Origin: Macrostomum hystrix
Taxonomy: Eukaryota > Animalia > Platyhelminthes
Assembly: GCA_950097015.1 (NCBI GenBank)
Contig: CATNEN010000038.1
Coordinates: 16,988,001-17,052,000, forward strand
Reading direction: 5' to 3'
DNA: 64,000 bases
Positions within the stretch are counted from its first letter, which is position 1; every line of letters starts with the position of its first letter. A program made the position numbers and the translations under genes. Shown here piece after piece: positions 10,883 to 26,200 of the stretch. The notes under the pieces are model-generated. The model made no database searches. It had not been told where the DNA came from and was given only the letters and a program-made list of their open reading frames with translations.

Positions 10883-13800
10883 GACTTAAAACCTAGTAAT
10901 TTGGTTTTTATGTTTACAATTTTATTTGAAGGACCTGTGGAAACAATTCGTTATGTTGACATGAATATGTAGTACCTATACTAATACAGAATTTTCCTTA
11001 ATTCGCTTTTCTCCGTTTAATGATTTGCTACCTCCGATCCTAACCAATCACCTCTGGACACTAAGGGTTGAGTGAGAATGTGAATCGGATAAAACCCTGG
11101 AACAATGGGGGCGAGTGACGCTCGTGCCAAGAGTACCATCAGAACTTGTTGAATCCGCGGCGAGGCCACATCAACTTCTTGTCATTCATGCTCCTATACT
11201 AAACAAGGGTGGGGACACGCATGCGAGTGTGTTCTCAAGTGTTTAACATAAAATTGTTAGGTATTTCACGCGCGGCCCCCTAAATAAAAATCATGGCTAC
11301 GTCACACTAAGTGTAACACTGTCCTTGTGATAAGTTGTGACTATGTTGAAGCATTTATTTATTGTCGATATCGGCCGTCCTTTAAATCCGGTAGTATATT
11401 GTTAATTAGCACTGAGCACATACTGCATTATTTTATCAGATGAGCCTTTCAAAATTTACGTTTTAACGTTTCTAGCTTTTTTGGAATGTTTGGAGTTCAT
11501 TTCTTGCGACGAAAAGAATGAGTAGTTTAAACTTGTGTTTCCTATGACGTCATATTTTTAATTAAGATCTTTTTAATTTTGATTGCGAACAGCTTCCTAT
11601 AAAGCCAACTCAACCTCGAACTATCTTTTCTGAAATAATCATGCATGTAAAAAGTTCTCATCCAGAATTGACATCCGATTTCGTTAAAATTACTCTTGTC
11701 AGTTAAGCACTCAACAGTGGATTTCATAAAAATAATAGCTAATACAGTAATCCTGGATGCTTTTGATTGATCATCTGTGACGGGCCCTACTATGGTGATT
11801 TCATTCTGTCACCAGACTTATATTTTCTAATAGTCTATTGCTGATTCCTCCTAAAATTAATAATCCTCTTTGAAATGGTAGCTTAACATTGCCATCTGTC
11901 AAAATGTTCGTCTGTCCGACATGGGGGCATTAGCTGCTAATTTAATGACATCGTGGTCTTTGATCTACCATTATTAGCAATTATTATTTGGCATGAAGTT
12001 CATGCACAGTGTGAAGCAACAAGTCGTCAGACAATGACCATTTTTAAGGACCCGAAATGCGAAAAAATTATTTATAAAATACATTTTGTTATAATTCTGC
12101 AAGTACAGCTCCATGATGTGCAGTGCATGTCTCAGACCTTTTGTTATGTCTGTCACGTGTGTCGGACATCTTCGAGCTTTAAACAGAAGCTCATGTTCTT
12201 AAATACAGAACTGATCAGTTCACGTACTGTAATGCACCAATCTCTGAAACGAACAAAAGGCATATGCTACGGTAAAAATTTGGTGAAGTGTCAGCTTGTT
12301 TGTCCTTCTATCTCCCCATGTTATTATTCAGTACTTATTATGCCTTTTTAGACACGTGTTTTTTTGCTAAAAGTCACCCACGCCAAGCCGGGCCGGACCA
12401 GCCGGGGGAGCGGACGCCCACCACCCCGCGAGCGCTACCCTTGGGCTACAGTCCCGGCCAATCAGCGAGCGACCCGGCCTCACTACCTGTCGACCCTCAG
12501 CAAGAAACAACCCCGGGGCTCAGAACGGCGGTCGCGAGTCTACTGTGATTTGTCGCCTTGGCTCAAGCTACAGCCAGGCATCCACCTCGCCGGTCGACCT
12601 AATTTGGGGTTAACATGACTCTATAAAAGGAAGCGTGTTTTTGCAATGGCATTTTATCGTTCTCCGCAATTCGCCTCACACTGTGAGAAGCACGTGCAAG
12701 CAAGTCCACTTTGTTTTGTCTCTCCCCGCCCGACCACGCTCCGCTTGTTCAGTTAGGTAGCTTTCGGCGCTACGCGTCTTGAGAGTGCGCCGCTGACAAG
12801 GGTGGTCTAGATAGGCGCTTGTTGTCGAAGTCAGTACGTGCTCTCTTCGGAGACTCCGCCGTCAGGCAGAAGGAGTGCCAACCGATAGGATCTGTCGGGG
12901 CAGCGCTGAAAGCAGAGACAACCGGAGCCTCTCGGGAAGAGTAGGGCGCGGATTAGGCCAGTTTAAGTAAAATTGTTATATCCAATTTGTTAGACCAAAG
13001 TTTGCTTTTCACTGCATGTGAGCGCGCTATAATTTATTTCCATGTGAACATCCTCATTCTGTCAGTGTAACTTTTAAATCAAGTTGAGCAAGTAAACTAG
13101 ATTCAAATCAACTCCTATTCTTATCTGGAGTCGGCGAGTCATAAAAAACTGATTAAATCACTCTCAATCAATTTATTCGAGTCTTCGCTCGCTAGCCCAG
13201 TCTCTTAACGCTATTTAATTTCAGATTTCCCTGCTGCTATTGAAACGATTGGTAGGACACCGACCCTGGTGAAAAGTGAATAGTCGCTAGCTTCACGTTC
13301 CTCACGCTCCAGCTAGGACATAATTTTATTACAGATGTGGCAGCCCTCCAGTCCATGGACTGAACAGCTGTGCACAGCCTTTAAAAGCACAAAGCGATGC
13401 GACAAAAAAGCGTGATGCGGCTGAGCTACTGGTTTCAGGAATGATTACTAATTTGGCGCGTTAATATAAGTCAACTTAATTGTAGTCCTTGCAACGGACT
13501 AGATGTATATCTCCTGTTATGCCATGTCCTAGATTTTTATGTTACACATAGTCCGCTAAGTAAAGTAAGCATGACTATCGTTGTACATGATTCTCGGAAT
13601 GCATATAGCCACAGCACAAATATTATATTTAATCAGCTGCCACAAAGACATATTTTATCGTCTTTGTGTTGCAATAAAATGTATACATTACTTTTTTTTA
13701 TTTATTACTAACATCTTAGTTTTTCACTTTTAAAGCATTTTTAGTGCACCTCACAGTTTATCTAGTGACCGTAAGAAGTATGGACTTTTGTTTATCTAAC

Positions 13801-14283
13801 CTTATTTCCTGCATACCCGCTACAGTATTTGTACGTAGTAAATAATATATTAATTATATTTTGCATAACGGGTACAAGGAGATACTATATACTGCGACCA
13901 ACAAAAATATTTTGATGATAATAGTTTTTGAGGATTTATTCGTCTTATCGTCAGTAGCAGTTTTAAAAAAGAAATAGTTCCGGTGTGCCAAGCAGTAAAG
14001 CAAATATACAGCAGCTTCATCAAAACTATTGCTACAAGCGACAGCGTCCACATAAAAACTAACAAATAAAGACTATAGTTTAACTTGAACGTTCAACATG
14101 CAAGCTTAAAGAAATAGACTTGCGTCTACCTCAGAATTTACACTTTTAACTTGATCTGTTCGATGCATTTTTTGTTTAATCAGCCGATGCTTTTTGAAAT
14201 ATAATAGCTGATCAGTGTAAACTGTCGTTGTTGAACAAAATGTCGTGATAAGAGGATATAATATCTATATTTAAACATTTAAA

Positions 14284-17200
14284 ATGTTTGCTTCCCGCCA
14301 GTACGACTCGCAGAGCGGGACAAAGTTCTATGACTACTCAAATGACGTACGTATTACTTTTTTATATTTATTACTGACTACTAGCTGGTATTAGTTTTTT
14401 TATTTCTTTAATTAGACTACATAAGTAACTTTATTTATGGCCCATATTCAAACGTAGACATATATAAATTATAATAATATATTTTGCTTTCTGACTTAAT
14501 GTGTTGTACAAGGAGTGATCCAACGAACTGAAGCAATTGCAATTGAAAAACATCTAAAATATATTCTGACCCTCTTTTTATATGTGCTCTACAATTCTCT
14601 CTAAAAAATCGCTGATTTCTTGTGTCGTTATTTTTAATAGCCTGTTAAAAGAATGTTATATAAAACTAAAATTCTTCAATTTAAATTTATATTTAAATTT
14701 TTCATGATTGAATCCAAATAGGTAACTCAAATGTAAAGTTTTCTTTTAACTACACTTATTTGTATTTTTGTATCAAATCATTTTCAGAGTCCATATGATA
14801 ATTTTATGCGAAAGCATCTGCAGCACTATGGCTATTATACAGGTTCGTGTGCAATAATTTATATTTTATTGTTTAAATTTGCTTTAAATTTAAACTGTAT
14901 GAAGTTGTGATCTCCGACTTCATTCACACGTAGGCAAAAACGACAAGCGTTTAAAGGGTCTTGAAAGCTGGCAGGAACAAGAGGATCAACCGGACTACAA
15001 GCAGTACGGCTTCGAAGACGATTACCTTAATGAGGCTTTGAAGACTGAAGGTGAGACGATTCACTAGTATGCTAAACTTATGCAGGATTATTTTCAATCT
15101 AGCTTATCTAAAAATTCGAAGAACGCACAAACACTGGAGTGGAGAAGGAGCTCAACAGCAACCAGGTTGTGTACAATGTCAACGACGGCAAAGTGGTGAG
15201 TTCGCGGCTTATTTTATCAATTTGTTGTTTGTCTTCTAAAATACTACTGAGAAATTCGTGGGTTGAGTTATTCCGTTTTAATCTCACATCGCAGGTCACC
15301 AAGCTCAAGGAGCCAAGAGCTCTGTTCAGCATTGCTCCAGATCCGGGATTTCATCCTCCAAAATGGTGAGCAGCATTAATTAGCATTCTGAACAAGTATT
15401 AGCAATCACTTTTTGATCTCTTATCTTCTTTTTCTCCAGGCCAATTGAGCTGGAAGTTCTGCCAGAAAGAGTGGTTCATATTGATGACACACCAGGACCA
15501 GAACCATTTAACCAGCCCAGTAAGTCGTTTAAAAAGAAAATTGCCTTTTTGAATTATTTTTGTAATTCAACTGAATCCGATCTTACATCGCAGCCGGATT
15601 CGAACCAAGTCCCACAATACTTGGCGTAGAAGGCGGTGGTCGGCTAGTGTTTAGCTACGAGCCTGTAATATCACCCTTCGTAAGTTTTACCTAACTATTT
15701 TTTTATAGAAACTCAATATATACAGGCAATTAAAACACCTTGATTGAATCTTGACGTCCAGTTTATCAAGTCGCGCGTTGGCGGTTCGAAGACACTTACT
15801 ACCTGTCAGGCTCGGCTGGAGAGTGAGACCGACGATACGCTGCAGTTTGAATCGCGATTCGAGAGCGGAAACCTGCGCCGAGTCTATCAAGTGTGAGTAA
15901 AGACAAGGTCAACCTTCTGAATTGGTTTTAAATTGAAGTAAAGACCAAGGTAGAGTAGCTGCAAGAAAGACGTCAATAATCGCCAAGAGAAAGACGTTGA
16001 TTAGTCTCGAGATTGACATTGATAAGCTTCGAGAAGGAATTTGATTTTAAGCTTCGAAAAAGACGTTCCTTTTTAAGCTTCGAGAAAAGCGTTGATCAGC
16101 TTCGAGAAGGACGATAATTAGCATCGTAAAAGATGTTGATAAAAAGCTTCAAGGAATAAATTGATTAGCTTCGATAAAGATTTTTTTCGCTTCGTGAAAG
16201 ACGTTGATTAGCCTCGAGAAAGATGTTGATTAGCCTCGAGAAAGATGTTGATTAGCCTCGAGAAAGACGTTGATTAGCCTCGAGAAAGACGTTGATTAGC
16301 CTCGAGAAAGACGTTGATTAGCCCCGAGAAAGACGTTGATTAGCCTCGAGAAAGATGTTGATTAGCCTCGAGAAAGACGTTGATTAGCCTCGAGAAAGAC
16401 GTTGATTAGTCTCGAGAAAGACGTTGATTAGCCCCGAGAAAGACGTTGATTAGCCCCGAGAAAGACGTTGATTAGCCCCGAGAAAGACGTTGATTAAGCC
16501 TCGAGAAAGACGTTGATTAAGCCTCGAGAAAGACGTTGATTTGCCTCGAGAAAGACGTTGATTTGCCTCGAGAAAGACGTTGATTTGCCTCGAGAAAGAC
16601 GTTGATTAAGCCTCGAGAAAGACGTTGATTAGCCCCGAGAAAGACGTTGATTAAGCCTCGAGAAAGACGTTGATTTGCCTCGAGAAAGACGTTGATTTGC
16701 CTCGAGAAAGATGTTGATTAGCCTCGAGAAAGATGTTGATTAGCCTCGAGAAAGACGTTGATTAGCCTCGAGAAAGACGTTGATTAGCCTCGAGAAAGAC
16801 GTTGATTAGCCTCGAGAAAGACGTTGATTAAGCCTCGAGAAAGACGTTGATTAGCCTCGAGAAAGACGTTGATTAAGCCTCGAGAAAGACGTTGATTAGC
16901 CTCGAGAAAGACGTTGATTAAGCCTCGAGAAAGACGTTGATTTGCCTCGAGAAAGACGTTGATTAGCCTCGAGAAAGACGTTGATTAGCCTCGAGAAAGA
17001 CGTTGATTTGCCTCGAGAAAGACGTTGATTTGCCTCGAGAAAGACGTTGATTAGCCTCGGAATAGACGTTGATTAGCCTCGAGAAAGACGTTAACTAGTT
17101 GCAACTCCTTCGTTACGAGTATAAGAGATTACACACGTATATTTTAGGACGAGGTAAATAATCGTAGAACTGTGTTTTACAATTTTTTGTCCGAAATACT

Positions 17201-20200
17201 TTACACCGGCCAACATGAAAGAAAGTTCTTGAGCAATCATCGAAATAAATACACAGAAGAGTGAAGAAAATGAAAGTGGTCGAGGTTTTGTTGGCGAATT
17301 AATTAATTGCTTACCAAACTGCTAAAGATTCATTTGTCTAAAGCATCATTAGCTGAAGAGAACTGGCCTAGATTTTTAGACTAGTGCTGTTTAGAAGGCA
17401 AATTGACGCAACATAAAGTAAATGAAAAAGCTATTTACAAGTATTTACTCAGACAATTAGTTTCTCAGCTCAGCACAGTCTAACAGCTTCAGAGAGAGTT
17501 CTGAAAGAGAGATGAGGTGTGTGACTATAATACAGGAGCAATGTCACATGAATAGTTAATTGTTTCTATTTCTAAGCTTTCAGGTAGCCATTAAGACAAT
17601 ACGGTTTTAAAATGGTCACGCAATTCTACTCAAGCGCTATTTCTCTGGCGGTGTGTGATCACAACTGACGGTGCATATTGTGTGAATCGAATATTTAAAT
17701 GCCGCGAGTTATAACATAAGCAGTGTGCTTTGCAGGATCCAATTAGCAACTCAATATAAAAGTGCACTGCTAGGTGACATTTTATGAAAAAGTTGCTAGT
17801 CTAGACAGCCTTGAGCGTGTTTTAAAATTACTGAACTGTATGACCAGCCCTCTACCCTCTCCTACGCCCTCCACGGTCCTTCATAGCAAAACCTACGCCC
17901 TTCATGGTCCTTCGTTGGATAACCTACGCCCTTCATGGTCCTTCGTTGGATAACCTACGCCCATCATGGTCCTTCGTTGGATAACCTACGCCCATCATGG
18001 TCCTTCGTTGGATAACCTCCGCCCATCATGGTCCTTCGTTGGATAACCTCCGCCCATCATGGTCCTTCGTTGGATAACCTCCGCCCTTCAAAGTCCTTCG
18101 TTGGATAACCTACGCCCTTCATGGTCCTTCGTTGGATAACCTGCGCCCTCCATGGTCCTTCGTTGGATTACCTCCGCCCATCATGGTCCTTCGTTGGATA
18201 ATCTCCGCCCATCATGGTCCTTCGTTGGATAACCTCCGCCCTTCAAAGTCCTTCGTTGGATAACCTACGCTCTTCAAAGTCCTTCGTTGGAAAACCTACG
18301 CTCTTCAAAGTCCTTCGTTGGATAACCTCCGCCCATCATGGTCCTTCGTTGGATAACCTCCGCCCATCATGGTCCTTCGTTGGATAACCTCCGCCCATCA
18401 TGGTCCTTCGTTGGATAACCTCCGCCCTTCAAAGTCCTTCGTTGGATAACCTACGCCCTTCATGGTCCTTCGTTGGATAACCTGCGCCCTCCATGGTCCT
18501 TCGTTGGATTACCTCCGCCCTCCATGGTCCTTCGTTGGATAACCTCCGCCCATCATGGTCCTTCGTTGGATAATCTCCGCCCATCATGGTCCTTCGTTGG
18601 ATAACCTCCGCCCTTCAAAGTCCTTCGTTGGATAACCTACGCTCTTCAAAGTCCTTCGTTGGAAAACCTACGCTCTTCAAAGTCCTTCGTTGGATAACCT
18701 CCGCCCATCATGGTCCTTCGTTGGATAACCTCCGCCCTTCAAAGTCCTTCGTTGGATAACCTACGCCCTTCATGGTCCTTCGTTGGATAACCTACGCCCT
18801 CCATGGTCCTTCGTTGGATTACCTCCGCCCTCAATGGTCCTTCGTTGGATTACCTCCGCCCATCATGGTCCTTCGTTGGATAATCTCCGCCCATCATGGT
18901 CCTTCGTTGGATAACCTCCGCCCTTCAAAGTCCTTCGTTGGATAACCTACGCCCTTCATGGTCCTTCGTTGGATAACCTACGCCCTCCATGGTCCTTCGT
19001 TGGATTACCTCCGCCCTCCATGGTCCTTCGTTGGATTACCTCCGCCCATCATGGTCCTTCGTTGGATAATCTCCGCCCATCATGGTCCTTCGTTGGAAAA
19101 CCTCCGCCCATCATGGTCCTTCGTTGGAAAACCTCCGCCCATCATGGTCCTTCGTTGGATAACCTCCGCCCATCATGGTCCTTCGTTGGATAACCTCCGC
19201 CCATCATGGTCCTTCGTTGGATAACCTCCGCCCTTCAAAGTCCTTCGTTGGATAACCTACGCTCTTCAAAGTCCTTCGTTGGAAAACCTACGCTCTTCAA
19301 AGTCCTTCGTTGGATAACCTACGCCCTCCATGGTCCTTCGTTGGATTACCTCCGCCCTTCAAATTCCTTCGTTGGATAACCTACGCCCTTCATGGTCCTT
19401 CGTTGGATAACCTCCGCCCTTCAAAGTCCTTCGTTGGATAACCTACGCTCTTCATGGTCCTTCGTTGGATAACCTACGCCCTCCATGGTCCTTCGTTGGA
19501 TTACCTCCGCCCTCCATGGTCCTTCGTTGGATAACCTCCGCCCTCCATGGTCCTTCGTTGGATAACCTCCGCCCTTCATGGTCCTTCGTTGGATAACCTC
19601 CGCCCTCCATGGTCCTTCGTTGGATAACCTCCGCCCTTCAAAGTCCTTCGTTGGATAACCTACGCCCTCCATGGTCCTTCGTTGGATTACCTCCGCCCTC
19701 CATGGTCCTTCGTTGGATAACCTCCGCCCTCCATGGTCCTTCGTTGGATAACCTCCGCCCTTCATAGTCCTTCGTTGGATAACCTACGCCCATCATGGTC
19801 CTTCGTTGGATTACCTCCGCCCTCCATGGTCCTTCGTTGGATAACCTCCGCCATTCATGGTCCTTCGTTGGATAACCTCCGCCCTCCATGGTCCTTCGTT
19901 GGATAACCTCCGCCATTCATGGTCCTTCGTTGGATAACCAAACTTTTTTAACAAAAAACATTTCAGTGCACCTACTGAGTACGAACTATGGCTGCGGACC
20001 GATCTATACACATCGAAGCACACACAATGGTTCTACTTTCGAGTGTCCAACACCCGAGCCGGTCAACTCTACCGGTTCACGCTGGTCAACTTCTATAAAG
20101 TCAGTGCCTACATGTCACTGTAGTAGCAATTCCATTATAAATCAGTTCCGTTGTGAAAACAATATGATAATAAATATAATATTTTACTGTACTCTACAGT

Positions 20201-23200
20201 AGAATAACTACACTATTTTCTCCCCTGAGGGTATAAAGTTTCATATGTTTTCCATCAAGCGTATCGCTTAACTTGACTCTTAAAAACTATTCTCGTCTAC
20301 TTCTTCGTGAAATGTTGGCGGACTTGACATTCCATTCAAGACTAATGCACACTGCAGCTAAATAAAAGTGCAGGCTTTCAACAATGGCTCTGCCTTCCGT
20401 TTCTCCTCCACCGAGAAGTTGCAAGCGAAATTCCTGGGTTACCATCGTCTCACACCTGACGCTAGCAACCTTGAGACTGGGGAGCATGTTTGATGTTAAC
20501 ACAGTTGCATTGCAGGCTAGGGCAGGAACAAGATGAAAAATGGATAGCCCTTCTACTCCAGCCTGACCGTAGTAACTCCGGTTGCTGGCAGTGCAGCATC
20601 CTGTCTGTCGGCACACAATGTCCCCCCTCCCTCGCAAAATACCAGCTGGAGATTCTAGCTCAGTTTTTCGTTCTCGTTTTAGCACTCTCGCCTACTCATC
20701 TACCCACCCCTCCAACCTCAGTCTGCCAGCCTCTACAACGAAGGCCTCCGGCCGCTGATGTACAGTGAAAAGGCGGCAGTCGGCAGAGGCGTCGGTTGGA
20801 GGAGATGCGGCGGCAACATCAAGTACTTCAGGAGCAACAAGCGGTGAGGACTAAGGGGGATGAGACAGGTTAGAGATGAGATGAGGCACGGTAGAGATGA
20901 GACACGGTAGAGATGAGGCACGGTAGAGGTTAGACACGGTAGAGGTGAGGCACGGTAAGAGATGAGGCACGGTAGAGATGAGACACGGTAGAGATGAGAC
21001 ACGGCAGAGATGAGACACGGTAGAGATGAGACACGGCAGAGATGAGACACGGTAGAGATGAGGCACGGTAGAGATGAGGCACGGTAGAGATGAGGCACGG
21101 TAGAGATGAGGCACGGTAGAGATGAGGCACGGTAGAGATGAGGCACGGTAGAGATGAGGCACGGTAGAGATGAGACACGGCAGAGATGAGACACGGTAGA
21201 GATGAGACACGGCAGAGATGAGACACGGCAGAGATGAGACACGGCAGAGATGAGACACGGTAGAGATGAGACACGGCAGAGATGAGACACGGTAGAGATG
21301 AGACACGGGAGAGATGAGACACGGCAGAGATGAGGCACGGTAGAGATGAGACACGGTAGAGATGAGACAAGGTAGAGATGAGGCACGGTAGAGATGAGGC
21401 ACGGTAGAGATGAGACACGGCAGAGATGAGACACGGCAGAGATGAGACACGGGAGAGATGAGACACGGTAGAGATGAGGCACGGTAGAGATGAGACACGG
21501 TAGAGATGAGGCACGGTAGAGATGAGGCACGGTAGAGATGAGGCACGGTAGAGATGAGGCACGGTAGAGATGAGGCACGGTAGAGATGAGACACGGCAGA
21601 GATGAGACACGGTAGAGATGAGACACGGCAGAGATGAGACACGGCAGAGATGAGACACGGCAGAGATGAGACACGGTAGAGATGAGACACGGCAGAGATG
21701 AGACACGGTAGAGATGAGACACGGGAGAGATGAGACACGGCAGAGATGAGGCACGGTAGAGATGAGACACGGTAGAGATGAGACAAGGTAGAGATGAGGC
21801 ACGGTAGAGATGAGGCACGGTAGAGATGAGACACGGCAGAGATGAGACACGGCAGAGATGAGACACGGGAGAGATGAGACACGGTAGAGATGAGGCACGG
21901 TAGAGATGAGACACGGTAGAGATGAGACACGGCAGAGATGAGACACGGTAGAGATGAGGCACGGTAGAGATGAGACACGGTAGAGATGAGGCACGGTAGA
22001 GATGAGGCACGGTAGAGATGAGACACGGTAGAGATGAGACACGGCAGAGATGAGACACGGTAGAGATGAGGCACGGTAGAGGTGAGGCACGGTAGAGGTG
22101 AGGCACGGTAAGAGATGAGGCACGGTAGAGATGAGACACGGTAGAGATGAGACACGGCAGAGATGAGACACGGTAGAGATGAGACACGGCAGAGATGAGA
22201 CACGGCAGAGATGAGACACGGTAGAGATGAGGCACGGTAGAGATGAGGCACGGTAGAGATGAGACACGGCAGAGATGAGACACGGTAGAGATGAGACACG
22301 GCAGAGATGAGACACGGTAGAGATGAGGCACGGTAGAGATGAGACACGGTAGAGATGAGGCACGGTAGAGATGAGGCACGGTAGAGATGAGACACGGTAG
22401 AGATGAGACACGGCAGAGATGAGACACGGTAGAGATGAGACACGGCAGAGATGAGACACGGCAGAGATGAGACACGGCAGAGATGAGACACGGTAGAGAT
22501 GAGACACGGCAGAGATGAGACACGGTAGAGATGAGACACGGGAGAGATGAGACACGGCAGAGATGAGGCACGGTAGAGATGAGACACGGTAGAGATGAGA
22601 CAAGGTAGAGATGAGGCACGGTAGAGATGAGGCACGGTAGAGATGAGACACGGCAGAGATGAGACACGGCAGAGATGAGACACGGGAGAGATGAGACACG
22701 GTAGAGATGAGGCACGGTAGAGATGAGACACGGTAGAGATGAGACACGGCAGAGATGAGACACGGTAGAGATGAGGCACGGTAGAGATGAGACACGGTAG
22801 AGATGAGGCACGGTAGAGATGAGGCACGGTAGAGATGAGACACGGTAGAGATGAGACACGGCAGAGATGAGACACGGTAGAGATGAGGCACGGTAGAGGT
22901 GAGGCACGGTAGAGGTGAGGCACGGTAAGAGATGAGGCACGGTAGAGATGAGACACGGTAGAGATGAGACACGGCAGAGATGAGACACGGTAGAGATGAG
23001 ACACGGCAGAGATGAGACACGGCAGAGATGAGACACGGTAGAGATGAGGCACGGTAGAGATGAGGCACGGTAGAGATGAGACACGGCAGAGATGAGACAC
23101 GGTAGAGATGAGACACGGCAGAGATGAGACACGGCAGAGATGAGACACGGCAGAGATGAGACACGGTAGAGATGAGACACGGTAGAGATGAGACACGGCA

Positions 23201-26200
23201 GAGATGAGACACGGCAGAGATGAGACACGGTAGAGATGAGACACGGCAGAGATGAGACACGGTAGAGATGAGACACGGTAGAGATGAGACACGGCAGAGA
23301 TGAGACACGGCAGAGATGAGACACGGTAGAGATGAGACACGGCAGATACGAGCGTATGAGACACGGCAGAGATGAGACACGGTAGAGATGAGACACGGCA
23401 GAGATGAGACACGGTAGAGATGAGACACGGCAGAGATGAGACACGGTAGAGATGAGGCACGGTAGAGATGAGACACGGTAGAGATGAGACACGGCAGAGA
23501 TGAGGCACGGTAGAGATGAGACACGGCAGAGATGAGGCACGGTAGAGATGAGGCACGGCAGAGATGAGACACGGTAGAGATGAGACACGGTAGAGATGAG
23601 ACACGGCAGAGATGAGACACGGCAGATATGAGACACGGCAGAGATGAGACACGGTAGAGATGAGACACGGCAGAGATGAGACACGGTAGAGATGAGACAC
23701 GGTAGAGATGAGACACGGTAGAGATGAGACACGGCAGAGATGAGGCACGGTAGAGATGAGGCACGGTAGAGATGAGACACGGTAGAGATGAGACACGGCA
23801 GAGATGAGACACGGTAGAGATGAGACACGGCAGAGATGAGACACGGTAGAGATGAGACACGGGAGAGATGAGACACGGTAGAGATTGTTAAGTTGGAACA
23901 AGCGAGACATTTAGGCACGACAAAACTCTTAAGGCCCAAGTTGGCCAAAGTGAGAATTATATATTGTCAAGCGATGCGAGTTGAATTGTACACTTAGGCA
24001 TTGTACAGTGTGGCATGTACATAGAGCAAGTTAGCATATTGATTTAGTAATGGATTATAAAACGCGACACACAACATCTCCCAACGCACGAAATAAGATT
24101 TGTTAACCGATGACAATATTAAAGTATTTCGCAGAATTTCCCAACGGGAAGCGTGTATAAAAGCATATTCGAACGGAAGCGGATATAAAAAACTAGAATC
24201 ACTGAGTCGAGCTGGATTAATAACGTTGGCAACAATGATACAAACAATGCACTTTAAATTCAATCGAATGATGCAATACAACAATAGACTTGTAGCACCT
24301 AACCAGTCAAAGAATGCTAAATCTGACGTCCTTGCGGTATAAACTGCAACAAGGGTTCAAACGCTCAATCAGTGCAATAAAACTTTAACTCAAATCAAAA
24401 TCAAACGTAAACTTCTCTTCATCACCACGTAGACTTAACTTGGATGATAGAACATAGGCTTTTTGACGACTCGGCCACGCCTTGTCCTGTACGGTTCAAC
24501 TGGCTGCACGGAGGCCGGCTGCACGGAGGCCGGCTGCACGGAGGCCGGCTGCACGGAGGCCGGCTGCACGGAGGCCGGCTGCACGGAGGCCGGCTGCACG
24601 GAGGCCGGCTGCACGGAGGCCGGCTGCACGGAGGCCGGCTGCACGGAGGCCGGCTGCACGGAGGCTGGCTGCACGGAGGCCGGCTGCACGGAGGCCGGCT
24701 GCACGGAGGCCGGCTGCACGGAGGCCGGCTGCACGGAGGCTGGCTGCACGGAGGCCGGCTGCACGGAGGCCGGCTGCACAGAGGCCGGCTGCACGGAGGC
24801 TGGCTGCACGGAGGCCGGCTGCACGGAGGCCGGCTGCTCAGCTTCGTCGTTGTCACAATGGAGAGACTCGCTCAATGGCACACCCAATTTTCGAGGCCTG
24901 ATGAAGCGGCGATTCCTTCTGAGCAGCTGACCAGTCTCGGTTCGAACCCAGTACGATCTTGGACAATTCTCCAGCTCGCTGTCGATCTCAGCCGCCACCC
25001 AGTCACGACGACCTCGTTGGAGCCAGACCAGATCGCCAGCAGCTAATCTCCTTAATGGTCGAGCTCCTCGGTTGTACAATTGTGCTGCGCGAGTGCGCTC
25101 CTTCTCAAAGGCCTCGATGCTTGAGTGTAGATGAATTTCCTTTGGCCGCAAGTCCTGAACCGTTGCGGGCAAGTCGCACCGAAGCTTACGACCGAATGCC
25201 ATCTCAGCTGGACTCGGAAAGCCGCTGCCGACTGGAGTGTTACGGTAGTGAAGCAATGCCAGCTCCAGGTTCTGTCCGGTCTCTGAGCACTTCTTCAGCA
25301 TGTTCTTTGCAGTTTGCACGTAGCGTTCTGCTCTTCCGTTTGATTGCGGGTACGTCGGACTTGAAGTTCGGTGCTCGACCTTGAATTCTGTTATCATCTG
25401 TCGAAATTCCCGAGCGGAAAACTGTGGACCTCCGTCGCTGACGAGTTTCTCTGGCACTCCGAAGCTTTGGAAATGGTCCCGAATCACTGACACGACAGCC
25501 GCGCTGGTGGTCGATCTCATTCGAGTGACACTCATCCAGTGACTATAGGAGTCCACGTACACCAGGTAGGATGAGCTGCCGAACTCGAACAGGTCTGTTG
25601 AACAATTTTGGAATGGGAAGTCCGGCATATCCACAGTCATCAGCGTCTCCTTGGACTGGGTTCTCATGTTCCGCTGACATGACTCGCAGTTGGTGACAAC
25701 CTGCTCTACACAGTTACGCATTCCTGGCCAATAGAAATAGTCCTTAGCCTTGAGGTGCATTTTTACGATGCCGGGGTGCCCAACATGAAGAATTTCAAGC
25801 ACCTGCTTCCTCGAATCTCCGCAGGGAACATAGATCCGGTCCTTCAAGCACAATAGTCCGGAAGCGTAGGTCAGGTCATGCCGAACATCCCAAAACGGCT
25901 TCAGGTCGTCTGTCAATCTCGTTCTGTGCTCTGGCCAACCGTCCAGGATGACGTTCCGCAACCGCTCGCTCGTCATGTCTTTGGCTGTTGCGTTCCTGAT
26001 CATGTGCAAGATCTCACGGTCCCCGCTGAAGCAGCACTCGACTGATAGGACTTGACCGTCGAGGGCTTCTTCTAACTGAATTGTGAGGAGATCAGCTGCA
26101 CCGTGTGCTCGGCTCAAAGTGTCGGCTACGTACAAGTCCTTTCCGGGAGTATACTTGACGCGAATGTCATACGGCTGCAACTGAAGCATAAGTCGCTGAA

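Noticed and set aside
16195-19938. CRISPR-like appearance of regular repeats
   Set aside because: Head-to-tail units with no unique spacers, no cas genes, eukaryotic context
20733-23948. Three ~1000-aa minus-strand ORFs ([16 protein letters not shown])n
   Set aside because: Artefact of a stop-free 16-bp unit; all three frames give the same peptide, starts are non-ATG, and the region is an AGBL intron
24422-25046. Cys-rich (CSRPP)n, (GGRLH)n and (CTEAG)n ORFs resembling metallothionein or keratin-associated proteins
   Set aside because: Alternative frames of the 15-bp repeat inside the Gypsy ORF
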